Positions 54,456 to 64,000 of a stretch of DNA of 64,000 nt are shown one piece after another; the stretch's first letter is position 1; each line of letters starts with the position of its first letter. A model generated the notes under the pieces. That model had not been told where the DNA came from, ran no database searches, and saw only the letters and a list, made by a program, of their open reading frames with translations. Source of the stretch: a virus; IMG/VR virus record IMGVR_UViG_3300035666_000007, positions 34,035 through 98,034 of that record; one strand, 5' to 3'. The translations under genes and the position numbers were made by a program.

Positions 54456-55327
54456 CATTTTTCATTGGCGCTCTTGGCAATGTCAGATTGCGTCGCAACA
54501 ACGAAGTTTCACTGGCTTGCCTTGTTAGGGACGCAGACGTAACCGTGGTGCTAAACCGAATCGGCATTGATAGCGCGGAGGAAAACCTGCTGACAGGTGA
54601 TCGCGTCACAATCAGCACAGAGGATCCGCGTGGTCTTCTGTTTTTTGCTGTTAGCAGCTGGACGGATGGGGAGGGGGTGGAGCAGCGCAGCCTCAGCGGT
54701 TTTGTCAACGTCAACGCTGTTGGCGGCCTGCGTTTTTTTGAAACCTTTGCGGATGCTGTAAACAACAATCGAGCATCCGAGATTTCGGTCAAAAGCTTTA
54801 CTGGCGACCCGATAGCTGTAACTATTGCAGTTCGCGATGTCTCCGAGAATATTCTTGGATCCGTAACGAAATACACGTTTAACACAGATCGAGAAGCTCT
54901 CGATACTACGACATTGAGCGACAAATTTAAGCGCATGTATAGCGCCGGCCTAATCAGCGGATCTGGCTCTATTGATTGCATTTTCAGCTACGAAACATCT
55001 GGCATCAAGGAAACCCCCCTGCTCATGCTGGGGCTAATCAATCGTGTTGACATTGGAAGCCAGTTTGACTGCCTGCTCTCGCTTACGGATTCCGAAAATG
55101 ATCCCAGTGTTGCCAACATTTACTACGAATTCGAGGCCATGGTTACGCGCTCGGGGATCGAGGTATCCCCTGATGACGTGATCAGGTGTGGAGTTGATTT
55201 CGTGACTACGGGTGAAATTCGACTGCTGGTTGGTCGCCCGTCTGGATACATTCTCAAAGAGGACGAAGCTCGCATCGCACTCAATCAAGACAGCCTGTCA
55301 TTCCTGTTGACGGAAGTCGAGGACTAA
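54452..55327 (+). CDS. minor tail protein with a tail-tube-like C-terminal domain
   Basis: YTFNTDREALDTTTL...GLISGSGS. Confidence 0.65.
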   Translation: MTFFIGALGNVRLRRNNEVSLACLVRDADVTVVLNRIGIDSAEENLLTGDRVTISTEDPRGLLFFAVSSWTDGEGVEQRSLSGFVNVNAVGGLRFFETFADAVNNNRASEISVKSFTGDPIAVTIAVRDVSENILGSVTKYTFNTDREALDTTTLSDKFKRMYSAGLISGSGSIDCIFSYETSGIKETPLLMLGLINRVDIGSQFDCLLSLTDSENDPSVANIYYEFEAMVTRSGIEVSPDDVIRCGVDFVTTGEIRLLVGRPSGYILKEDEARIALNQDSLSFLLTEVED

Positions 55328-55357
55328 ACTGACTGCATCAGGGTAGCTTGGCTCGCC

Positions 55358-58300
55358 ATGTCGGATCAGAGAATTACGCAGCTCGCAAAGCTCAACCAGG
55401 CTGATGTAGCGGCTAACGACGTGCTGCCGATTGTTGACATCGGCTCAAGCATAACCAAAAAGATTGAAATCAAAGATCTTTTTCAGGCTGGCGCAAGCCT
55501 GGCTGATCAGAGCAGCATTGATCTGTCCAAGTTAAACCAAAACAGCGTCGTCAAGCTTGGCACGCTTTCGTTGGCGGATGCAGCGATTACCGCAATCAAG
55601 CTAGCTGACGACAGCAGTATTGCCTATGACTCGGTTGCTCCGGTTCTTGGCAACTTCCAGGGACGCGGCTACATCAATAACAGCAGCAGATATTTTCAGG
55701 TATGGGATGGCGTTGGGTTTCAGCAGGTGGTCACGCCGACCGCTGGCATTGAGGATTTTGCCGTAACCACCGCCAAGCTTGGCGATGGCGCTGTCACGAC
55801 CGAAAAGATAACCGCTCTCGGTCTTGGCACGAGCGCATACGCCGAATCCAGCGTTACAGCGATCAAGCTTGCCAACGGCGCTGTTATCAATGCCAAGCTG
55901 GCAGACGGTGCCGTCACAACGGAAAAAATTGATACTGCCGGACTAGCCGCTGCAGCGATTGCCGTCAATGCGATTACTACGCCCAAGATACTCAACGGGG
56001 CCGTTACCGCAGAAAAATTGGCCGCTGACAGCACTACGGTTGTTCAAGCCGGCGTACCGACTGGTGGCGGCACCTACGAGGGCCAGCTTTCATTCGATGT
56101 AAACACAGGCATTATTCGCGTTTGGGACAGTATTAACTGGGCAAGGGCGGCAGGAATCAGTCGGCTGACGTTTACCGACAATACTCCGCTCAACTTTTCT
56201 ATTGCGTATCCTGATAGCAATTCAGCAGCTATCACAACAACGCTGGACACTCAGCCGGCGAACCGGGTGTTCGTCGGCCCCGCTGCAGGGGCTGACGCAG
56301 CGCCAACGTTCCGAGCGCTGGTGCCAGCCGACCTGCCAAGCGCAACCAGCGCAACCCTCGGGATTGTGCGGCCTGGGACCGGCCTGGTGGCCAATGGTGG
56401 CATCCTGAATCACTCCAACGCCGTCACGCCAGGCACTTACACGAGGCTGATCGTTGACGCCCAGGGTCATGTGATTCAGGGCGACCTGCTGGAAGCGTCC
56501 GACATTCCCAGCCTCGATGCCGCCAAGATCACGACAGGCGAGCTGCCGACGGATCGACTTGCTGACAAAGTTGTCACCATAAACAAGTTGGGGGATTATT
56601 CCACTTCATCTCTTGGCGAAACCTTTCCTGTTCCGAGTTTCATTGGCCAGCTTCACCTGAATCCGCTGGACCGCAACTTTTTCATGTGGGACGGCAACGT
56701 CTGGGTGCCAATTGGTATTTCGGCGGGCCAAATTGTGTTTGCTGGCACATTTGACGCAGGCACGCCATCTGGCATTGGCAAGATTGAGAGCGTTACGCCA
56801 GACGGTGTTGCAGCCGGTTTCGTGGTTGGCGCTGCACTGCCAGCCTCGACTGCCGCAAATAGCAATTTCTATTTTGTTGTCAGCAAGGGCGGCACGATCA
56901 CTAGCGGCAACGCACCAAACACTACGCTTGCACCGCCGGACATCATTCTTTCTGTCTACAACGAAACCCTTCCTCGGTGGGTAGAGGTTGACGTGTCGTC
57001 CGGCTCTGGCGCCATTGCGGCATCGCAAGTCAGCTTCAATCCAGCGGCAAGCCTTGGCTCGACCAATGTGCAGACGGCACTGGAGGAAGTCAGCAACGAA
57101 TGCCGCAATGCTGACAATATATCGAGTGGAATTCTTGCGGTCGCCCGTGGAGGCACTGGTGTAGCAAGCTACAGCAAGGGAGACATTCTTGTAGCGACCG
57201 GAGCAGGGACACTGGTCAAGTTTCCGGTTGGAAGCAATGGGCAGGTTTTTCGTGCCAATAGCACCACCCTTACGGGGTTCGAGTGGGGAAATGATTTCAC
57301 CGGCACCGTTACCAGTGTTGGTAGCACTACCGCAGCCCTGACCGTTGGTAACTCGAACACTGCGCCGTCTCTCGCAATTCGCTCCGCCACAACCAGCGTT
57401 GATGGCATCGTTCAGCTAAGTGACAGTATCAATCTTACCAGCTCGGCGCTGGCGGCGACCCCAACTGCAGTTAAAGCAGCCTACGACCTTGCGGCACTTG
57501 CTCTTCCCAGGAGCGGTGGCGTCATTAGTGGTGCGCTAGAAATTGGCGCTACCGGCAGTCTGCTGTTTGAGGGAAGCACAAATGATGGCTTTGAAATAGC
57601 GCTTGCAGCGGCAGATCCGACAGCCGATCGCTTGATCACATTGCCGGATACGACTGGCACAGTTGTGACGACTGGGGACACCGGCAGTGTAACCAGTGCA
57701 ATGATTCTCGATGGAGCCATTGTCAATGGTGACATAAATGCGTCAGCCGCCATTGCTCACAGCAAGCTGGCCGCTATCACTGCTGGATTTGTACTACTGG
57801 GCAGCGCCACCAACGTGCCGACGGCGACTGCGCTGAGCGGGGACGTTACGGTAAACAGCAGTGGCGTCACATCTATTGGGGCTGGCGTCATTGTCAACGC
57901 TGACATAAGCGCCGTTGCTGCTATTGCAGGCACAAAAGTAGCTCCAAATTTTGGTAGTCAAAACATTGCAACAACTGGCACAAGTACAGCCGGCTTCTTC
58001 GTTCCCACAAGTAATGCTGTGCCGCCAAATGGCCTGTATCTGCCGGGAACCAACAGGGTTGGCATTGCGACCGCAAGCACTCCAAGGCTGGAAGTTGATG
58101 CAGCCGGAAGGTTGCTTGTTGGCGCGTCAAGCGCACGGGGTTCGGCTCTTTTGCAAATTGAAGGAGTGACCTCGGATCAGTCCGTTCTCTCCCTGACCGC
58201 GAACGCAAATAACTCTTCCGGTTCGCGTCTGGATCTTGGAAAATCTCGCAGCGGTTCAATTGGTGGAGTGGCAGCTGTCGCGGATGGCGACACTTTGGGC

Positions 58301-59020
58301 CAAATCCAATTTTTTGGTGCTGATGGCACTAATTTGCTGAGTGGCGCAACAATCCTCTGCCAGGTAAGCGGCACACCGGGTACCAATGACATGCCCTGTC
58401 GCCTTGCGTTCTTTACCACTGGAGATGGCGCTAGCAACCCGACAGAGCGGATGAGTATTTCCAGCGCTGGCACGCTGAGCCTGCTCAGTCCCATTGCAAA
58501 CTCACCCGTTGCTGTATTCGAGAACTCCTCAAACACGAGTGGAACTCAAGTTTTGACATTGCAAAATAAAGCAAATGCAAACAATACATCTTCCTACTAC
58601 CTGATCTGCCAAGAGGCAAACGTTGTCAACAGGATGCTAATCCTTGGAAACGGAAACGTCATGAACGTAAATAATTCCTACACCGGTCTTTCTGATGTCA
58701 AGCTTAAGGAAAACATTGTTGACGCAGGCACTCAGTGGGAAGACTTCAAGGCTTACCGAATTCGGAAGTACAATTTCAAGGCGGAAACCGGGCAGCAAAC
58801 ACACACCCAAATCGGGATGATCGCCCACGAGGTTGAGGAGATTTCGCCCGGCCTGATCACAGAGGTGCCTGATCTGGACGAAAAAGGCAACAGCCTTGGC
58901 ACGTCCACCAAATCAATCAACTACTCGGTGCTTTACATGAAAGCCGTCAAGGCTTTGCAGGAAGCGATGGAGCGCATTGAGGCTCTGGAGGTCAGGGTTG
59001 AGACCCTCGGGGCGTCATAG
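55358..59020 (+). CDS. long tail fibre with a C-terminal intramolecular chaperone (peptidase S74)
   Basis: AVTTAKL repeats, GIVQLSD, SDVKLKENI...GMIAHEVEE...KALQEAMERIEALE. Confidence 0.88.
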   Translation: MSDQRITQLAKLNQADVAANDVLPIVDIGSSITKKIEIKDLFQAGASLADQSSIDLSKLNQNSVVKLGTLSLADAAITAIKLADDSSIAYDSVAPVLGNFQGRGYINNSSRYFQVWDGVGFQQVVTPTAGIEDFAVTTAKLGDGAVTTEKITALGLGTSAYAESSVTAIKLANGAVINAKLADGAVTTEKIDTAGLAAAAIAVNAITTPKILNGAVTAEKLAADSTTVVQAGVPTGGGTYEGQLSFDVNTGIIRVWDSINWARAAGISRLTFTDNTPLNFSIAYPDSNSAAITTTLDTQPANRVFVGPAAGADAAPTFRALVPADLPSATSATLGIVRPGTGLVANGGILNHSNAVTPGTYTRLIVDAQGHVIQGDLLEASDIPSLDAAKITTGELPTDRLADKVVTINKLGDYSTSSLGETFPVPSFIGQLHLNPLDRNFFMWDGNVWVPIGISAGQIVFAGTFDAGTPSGIGKIESVTPDGVAAGFVVGAALPASTAANSNFYFVVSKGGTITSGNAPNTTLAPPDIILSVYNETLPRWVEVDVSSGSGAIAASQVSFNPAASLGSTNVQTALEEVSNECRNADNISSGILAVARGGTGVASYSKGDILVATGAGTLVKFPVGSNGQVFRANSTTLTGFEWGNDFTGTVTSVGSTTAALTVGNSNTAPSLAIRSATTSVDGIVQLSDSINLTSSALAATPTAVKAAYDLAALALPRSGGVISGALEIGATGSLLFEGSTNDGFEIALAAADPTADRLITLPDTTGTVVTTGDTGSVTSAMILDGAIVNGDINASAAIAHSKLAAITAGFVLLGSATNVPTATALSGDVTVNSSGVTSIGAGVIVNADISAVAAIAGTKVAPNFGSQNIATTGTSTAGFFVPTSNAVPPNGLYLPGTNRVGIATASTPRLEVDAAGRLLVGASSARGSALLQIEGVTSDQSVLSLTANANNSSGSRLDLGKSRSGSIGGVAAVADGDTLGQIQFFGADGTNLLSGATILCQVSGTPGTNDMPCRLAFFTTGDGASNPTERMSISSAGTLSLLSPIANSPVAVFENSSNTSGTQVLTLQNKANANNTSSYYLICQEANVVNRMLILGNGNVMNVNNSYTGLSDVKLKENIVDAGTQWEDFKAYRIRKYNFKAETGQQTHTQIGMIAHEVEEISPGLITEVPDLDEKGNSLGTSTKSINYSVLYMKAVKALQEAMERIEALEVRVETLGAS

Positions 59021-59066
59021 TCCCACTCCTGCTCTAGAGTCAGGCCGCTCCAAGGTTCGCCCTCCA

Positions 59067-59276
59067 GTGAAAGAACAACTTGCCCAGCTCATCGAGGCCT
59101 ACGCCGCAGCTCGCGCTAGCGGTAATTCCGTGTTGCAACAGCTGATCGCAATTCAATTGCAAAATTTCCTGAATCAGATCGAGATTACGGAAGCCAGCAC
59201 CCCCGAGTTATCCGAAGCCGGGGGAGTTGCCGCAGGCCAGGCGTTGGACGAGGCGCCCGCCGCAAGCGATGACTAA
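59067..59276 (+). CDS. small hypothetical protein
   Basis: GTG start; LIEAYAAARASGNSVL. Confidence 0.6.
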   Translation: MKEQLAQLIEAYAAARASGNSVLQQLIAIQLQNFLNQIEITEASTPELSEAGGVAAGQALDEAPAASDD

Positions 59277-59311
59277 TTCTTCTCCGATTACGCTATTCTC
59301 GCACTTGCGCC

Positions 59312-59446
59312 ATGGCCGTTAAAAGCAAAACCGGAACCGCCAAACTTGAGCATGTTCCCGGAAAACCTAAGATCACAACCCAAGGCAACAGCAAAAACAG
59401 TCGCCCTCGCGGAACCAGAAAGCTAAGGAGGAAGCAAGGCAAATAG
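59312..59446 (+). CDS. 44-aa highly basic peptide (below the ORF-track cutoff)
   Basis: MAVKSKTGTAKLEHVPGKPKITTQGNSKNSRPRGTRKLRRKQGK. Confidence 0.7.
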   Translation: MAVKSKTGTAKLEHVPGKPKITTQGNSKNSRPRGTRKLRRKQGK

Positions 59447-59512
59447 CAAAAGTGGCGACTGGGGCCTGGCGAAGACACTTCGCTAGGGTGCTCGTGAGGC
59501 TCCACCCCGCCC

Positions 59513-59776
59513 ATGACTATTCAACCAGCTAAGAGGCGGTTTAACCCCGTTCTAGTAATGGAGGCGACCGCAGCAGCTGTGCTAGCGGCATTGCTGATCT
59601 CCACTTTTGGGGGAGTGGCATGGCTCGTTATCCGACTGCCAAACAATCTTCAGCAACTCGAAAAGGATATTGCCAAATTTCTCAAGAATCAAGAAAATCT
59701 TGAGACGCGCTTTTCCGGATTAGATGAGAAAGTTGAAAGCTTGGATCGTCGCATTGTTCGCCTAGAGGTTGACTAG
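59513..59776 (+). CDS. membrane protein with a coiled coil (holin- or XhlA-like)
   Basis: N-terminal hydrophobic helix followed by heptad repeats. Confidence 0.55.
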   Translation: MTIQPAKRRFNPVLVMEATAAAVLAALLISTFGGVAWLVIRLPNNLQQLEKDIAKFLKNQENLETRFSGLDEKVESLDRRIVRLEVD

Positions 59777-59861
59777 GTAGTTGCACTTCTTAGTTTTGGT
59801 TCATATTAAGTATAGCTTGATTTATTGCTAGGCAAAATTAGTTGGCTTATGCATTGATGCT

Positions 59862-60242
59862 ATGACCACGCTCCCTCCTTTAATTGTTTATCCAGCTACA
59901 AGGCCTTTTGTGGTTTTGCGGAATAGCACATTTCGCAAGCGATTCCAGCTTAAGATTGACGGCAATCCGGTCAACCTTGCGACATTCGGCACGATCATTG
60001 ACGCAGACATCAAAGACTCTACCGGCCTGCAGATTGGGACCTTTGTTACGAGTCTCCCGCAAAGTGCCGGTTCCGCGATCCCTGGCTTTTTTGACTTGTC
60101 CTTGACGCCTGCGGCCAGCCTGGCGCTGCCGATCGGAACCAATCACAAATGGGACGTGTCTATTACCTATCCAGGCGGCGATCGTTTTTATTACTGCCAG
60201 GGCCCGCTTGAAGTTCGCGACACTGTTAGCAGGAACGAGTGA
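59862..60242 (+). CDS. second BppU-like fibre adaptor
   Basis: PVNLAT...WDVSITYPGGDRFYYCQG resembles 40481-40819. Confidence 0.65.
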   Translation: MTTLPPLIVYPATRPFVVLRNSTFRKRFQLKIDGNPVNLATFGTIIDADIKDSTGLQIGTFVTSLPQSAGSAIPGFFDLSLTPAASLALPIGTNHKWDVSITYPGGDRFYYCQGPLEVRDTVSRNE

Positions 60243-62542
60243 TGCCTACGTCATCCGCTGAAATTGAGCTGATCGACAGCCCTGATCAGGCAATTCAAAT
60301 TGAGATAGTCGAGAACGTCGAAACTGAGGTCATCGCCCTTGAGGGGACGACCGTCGAGCTGATCGAGCTGGTCTCAGGAGGCGGCGAAGGTAGTACCGGC
60401 ATAACGGGCAGCGACAACACGCCACAGCCAATTGGTGTGGCATTTGCGGGCACAGACGACGAAGCGTCGCGATCGGACCACGTTCACGCTCACGGAAATC
60501 AGGGCGGCGGATCGCTACACGCACTTGCGACCACAACGGCTGCCGGGTTTATGCCCGGTTCCGACAAGGCAAAGCTCGAAGCGGCAACTTCCGCGAATTC
60601 GGCCAGTTCCCTGGTCCAACGCGATGCATCCGGCAACTTTAGCGCTGGCACTGTTGCAGCAGCCTTGGCCGGCAATGCCGCAACAGCGACGAAATTGCAA
60701 TCGGCCAGAACCATCAATGGAGTGGCATTTGATGGGACTTCAAATATTTCAATTACAGCCGCCACGCCAAACGGCTTAACCTTTAGCAGTACCGGCAACG
60801 GTGCGACTGCTGGCAGCGCTTTCAACGGATCGGCGGCGCGAACCATCAGTCACAACAGCCTCGGCGCTCCCAGCGTGACGGGAGCCGGTGCGTCAGGCAC
60901 TTGGGGAATCAATATCTCTGGCAATGCAGCGACAGCGACAAGCGCAGCGCGGCTACAAACAGGAAGGCTGATTAACGGCACATCGTTTGATGGTACGAAC
61001 AATATATCAATCGCCGCCCCCCCCAGTCACTCTGTTTACAAAACGGTTTATGTGTCACCGGAAGGCAGCGATGCCTCGACGGGTCGCAATGAGGATCGCC
61101 CATTTGCACACCCTGAACGTGCAATGGAGTTCATTGAGTCGCAAGGCGAGCCCACTGGTTGGGCCGTAGTGCTTCTTGGTGGCGTGCAAACATCTGGCGA
61201 AATTCCAGTACCCAAGTTTACGACTATTCGCGGCGCCAACATGCAGCGTCGAAGCATCGTGAGCCCATCCCTTGGCAACGAAGAAAGCAATGTATTTCTT
61301 TGCGATAACGGCGTCCACCTTTACGGCCTAAAATTTGCTGGCTGGCAAATTGACGATTTTGACAATCCCACCAAAGGTTTCGCCATGGCGTTCAAGCCGG
61401 GAGCGATCATTCTTCCGGGCGGAGTTCCATATGGACAAAACTGCGTCGTCACCAGTGCGATGACGGATATTCCTACACCCTTGCCGATGGATCCCGAAAA
61501 CGGCAACCCTGCTCACCCGCGAGGCGGCGGCTGCGTCCTAGCTGACGCTTCCGTGCTCTCGGCCTACACCGTGTTCCCCAACATGATGACCTGGGGATTT
61601 ACACCCAGTTCGCACAATGGCATTGGCTATGTTGCGCGAAATCGAGCTTTTATCAATCCAATCAACGCCATTGGCATTGGTGCGCACAAGCATTTTGTGT
61701 GTCTCGATGGCGGGCGAATGGTGGTATCAGGTAGCTCATCTCAGTTTGGGGACTACAGTTTTTGGAGCGAAGGCAGCACCCAGCAAGTTGTGCCGCTCAA
61801 GGTCGCTCCTGGCGTCACCCAAACGCAGGCTGACATTGCAATGATCATCAACGCAAGGCGTACTGCCTTGATTGACGATGTGTGGGCATTCCTGGTCGCC
61901 AACCATAGCGCCACCAGTTGGCCGTCAAGTTTTGAGGCTTTAACGAGAAAAGACAGTGGACTCCTGCTTGACGCTCTAGCCGCATCCCTGACACATGGCT
62001 TCGAGAGGCCGATGCTCAACTTCGCTGAGGGGATGTTCAAATTCACGGGCGAATGCGTTTACACATACACCTATCATTCCGCCTTTAAGGCCAGCTGGGA
62101 TCGTTTACTATCACAGTTAATTGCTAGTGGTGAATTGACGACTGGCGCCGCAGCTTTTGCAAGCGCTTTGATTTCGCGACTAAAAGCAACTCTGGATAAT
62201 TACTGGTACGAAATTGGGAGCGCCCCGCCTCCTGCAACAGTTGAGCGAGTAAGGCGAAAATTGCGCAGTTTGATTACCGCAATTAACCATCAATGGACGG
62301 CGCCTGGTTCGGGCGTTGAGTTCTATCGAGTTCCTCCCGCTAGGGCAGCAAGGCAAATTAGGCGCAGCATTGTTGAGCGCAATGGCGGAAAAGTGATCTT
62401 CTCTGGCCAGGACGATGCCGGTAACGCAGTATTCGTTGGTGGTCTGACGATTGATGCACGTAGCGGTCAACTTGGTGGCCCTCCATTCGACACGGCTATT
62501 CGAGGTCGTGTCACTCGTGCTGTTATTTCTAGGAGCTATTGA
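60242..62542 (+). CDS. fibre or spike protein with a beta-helix-like domain
   Basis: ARTINGVAFDGTSNISI repeated; VYVSPEGSDASTG...PF motif. Confidence 0.75.
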   Translation: MPTSSAEIELIDSPDQAIQIEIVENVETEVIALEGTTVELIELVSGGGEGSTGITGSDNTPQPIGVAFAGTDDEASRSDHVHAHGNQGGGSLHALATTTAAGFMPGSDKAKLEAATSANSASSLVQRDASGNFSAGTVAAALAGNAATATKLQSARTINGVAFDGTSNISITAATPNGLTFSSTGNGATAGSAFNGSAARTISHNSLGAPSVTGAGASGTWGINISGNAATATSAARLQTGRLINGTSFDGTNNISIAAPPSHSVYKTVYVSPEGSDASTGRNEDRPFAHPERAMEFIESQGEPTGWAVVLLGGVQTSGEIPVPKFTTIRGANMQRRSIVSPSLGNEESNVFLCDNGVHLYGLKFAGWQIDDFDNPTKGFAMAFKPGAIILPGGVPYGQNCVVTSAMTDIPTPLPMDPENGNPAHPRGGGCVLADASVLSAYTVFPNMMTWGFTPSSHNGIGYVARNRAFINPINAIGIGAHKHFVCLDGGRMVVSGSSSQFGDYSFWSEGSTQQVVPLKVAPGVTQTQADIAMIINARRTALIDDVWAFLVANHSATSWPSSFEALTRKDSGLLLDALAASLTHGFERPMLNFAEGMFKFTGECVYTYTYHSAFKASWDRLLSQLIASGELTTGAAAFASALISRLKATLDNYWYEIGSAPPPATVERVRRKLRSLITAINHQWTAPGSGVEFYRVPPARAARQIRRSIVERNGGKVIFSGQDDAGNAVFVGGLTIDARSGQLGGPPFDTAIRGRVTRAVISRSY

Positions 62543-62545
62543 TCC

Positions 62546-63046
62546 ATGACTCGCATCAATACCGACCAGCCATCCAGCGGCAAACCGCTTCAGCTGTTTG
62601 TCCCGGCCACCTCAAATGGTGGCTTTGTCAGTACCAGCTGGGCAACACTGGCAGAAGCACCGGATTTTTCAGTTCCGTCCACCAGTGACGGTGGGGTGAC
62701 GCTGGATCCAGTTGACAATGGGCGAGAGCTGAGGGCCGGTGAGGTGTTTTTCGAGACGCCCTTGCAGGCGGTCAACAGCACCGTTACTACGCGCTGGATT
62801 GAGCTGCAAATGCTGCTCCAGGGCAGCAGCGGCGAGGCGATCCCCTTGAGCCCCAGGGTGCCCGTGCCGGCTGGTGACTCCATCTTCCTGTCCATCCAGG
62901 GCCTGCGCCTGCTGAAGACGAATTTCGGGGCGGTGGCCGGCGACCGATTGCAAATTCGAGCCGAAGTCGGCAATGCAATCAAGGTCATCGGCTCCGCTGT
63001 TGAACTGGAAGCTCAGAACCACGCACCCGACACGGAGGCCATCTAA
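62546..63046 (+). CDS. putative virion structural protein
   Basis: 166 aa beta-rich; GDRLQIRA. Confidence 0.6.
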   Translation: MTRINTDQPSSGKPLQLFVPATSNGGFVSTSWATLAEAPDFSVPSTSDGGVTLDPVDNGRELRAGEVFFETPLQAVNSTVTTRWIELQMLLQGSSGEAIPLSPRVPVPAGDSIFLSIQGLRLLKTNFGAVAGDRLQIRAEVGNAIKVIGSAVELEAQNHAPDTEAI

Positions 63047-64000
63047 TGAACAAGATCAAAACCGGCTCTGGTAAGAGACTGCTGACAGAAGCGCTTGTAG
63101 AAACTGCGCTTCCAGTCGCCTATGACGCTGCCGCAATGCCGGGGGCATCGGTGCTGGGAGTAGATGGGCAAATTTACACGTCCATCAAGATTGGAGAATC
63201 TTATCAGTGGTCAAAAGCGCCTTCAGCATTGTCAACAGGTGAGATATTTCTAGGGGTCAGCGAGCCACGTGTAAATTTCAACCATGTCATCGCTTCGGGT
63301 GGATACAGTTTTGCGCCTGCTATTCAAACTGAAAGCGCTGAGGCATCAGGCGCTTCAATCGGCATAACAAGGTATGTCGCAGGTAACGGACCATCTTATT
63401 TAATTTTGGCAAAGGTTAATAATGATAATCCATTAGAAAATACTGCTGTTGTTACGAGCCAAGACGTAGGCACTGTTTTATTTATGGGTGCCGATGGCAC
63501 AGAACTGATACCAGGGGCTGCAATTACAGCAACTGTTAGCGGAACCGTAGGTGCGCGGTCCGTGCCCATGCTTCTTAATTTTCGGACCAGACCCGAGGGC
63601 GCAGTTGACGGAGTGCCCATCACGGGCCGAATGCGCGTCATGCCCAACGGCAACGTGTTGATCAACAACACAACCGGTACTGAGAGGCTAGATGTAACTG
63701 GAAACATCAAAGCTAGCGGCAGTTTGATCGGCAGCAGCCTGGATATTTCCGGTCAAAGTGCCAGAACTACGGCACTGCAAGAGACTGCTTTGCCTATCTT
63801 GCTAGACGCCACTGCAATGCCTGGGGCATCGGTGCTGGGGAGTGATGGAAAAGTTTACACGTCCATCAAGGAATTCCAGGACTCCCCGTATCGCTGGTCG
63901 AAAATGACTGGGGAAACTGGGGGAGTTTTTTATCTTGGCGAGGGAAATCCAGCCGCTGATATTAGCAGAAACCAAACAGCAAGGTTTCAGCTTGAGACGT
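63046..64000 (+). CDS. fibre-like protein, truncated by the window end (absent from the ORF track)
   Basis: open from ATG 63046 to the end; internal repeat with a 227-aa period; FMGADGT domain like the one in 55358-59020. Confidence 0.8.
   Translation, partial: MNKIKTGSGKRLLTEALVETALPVAYDAAAMPGASVLGVDGQIYTSIKIGESYQWSKAPSALSTGEIFLGVSEPRVNFNHVIASGGYSFAPAIQTESAEASGASIGITRYVAGNGPSYLILAKVNNDNPLENTAVVTSQDVGTVLFMGADGTELIPGAAITATVSGTVGARSVPMLLNFRTRPEGAVDGVPITGRMRVMPNGNVLINNTTGTERLDVTGNIKASGSLIGSSLDISGQSARTTALQETALPILLDATAMPGASVLGSDGKVYTSIKEFQDSPYRWSKMTGETGGVFYLGEGNPAADISRNQTARFQLET

Noticed and set aside
63046-64000. Diversity-generating retroelement template/variable repeat pair
   Set aside because: Both copies are in frame in one ORF, the differences are not adenine-specific, and no reverse transcriptase is present in the window.
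1-64000. tRNA, tmRNA or rRNA genes
   Set aside because: I found no convincing cloverleaf or T-arm signature by eye; tRNAscan-SE or Aragorn would be decisive.

Overview
This 64 kb window is part of a tailed dsDNA siphovirus-like phage or prophage. The host is probably a picocyanobacterium, inferred from the cyanobacterial-type ThyX motifs and the gene order. There are five blocks. (1) 1-9.9 kb: mostly minus-strand small genes, including a primase-polymerase-like Rep protein and an apparently orphan Panacea (DUF4065) antitoxin. (2) 11-24.3 kb: about 35 small plus-strand early or host-takeover genes, punctuated roughly every 2 kb by seven copies of one promoter architecture (20-bp UP element, TTGACA, 17 bp, extended -10). 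Six of the seven are followed by a 5' hairpin, most with a U-rich tract. (3) 24.3-28.4 kb: a TerS-like gene, a long hairpin, a RepL-like winged-helix gene, three different tandem repeat arrays (13, 27 and 12 bp units), a GC-rich two-gene unit and a low-complexity stretch. This is a candidate origin and/or packaging terminus. (4) thyX interrupted by a 331-aa intein. (5) 30.6-64 kb: morphogenesis genes, namely TerL, portal, scaffold, capsid, neck, tail tube, a tail assembly chaperone needing a +1/-2 frameshift, tape measure, tail tip and several fibres, the last running off the window. I recognised no tRNA, rRNA, CRISPR-cas, integrase, DNA polymerase or reverse transcriptase. Three genes carry single inactivating lesions. 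All product calls come from motif recognition by eye, not from database searches.
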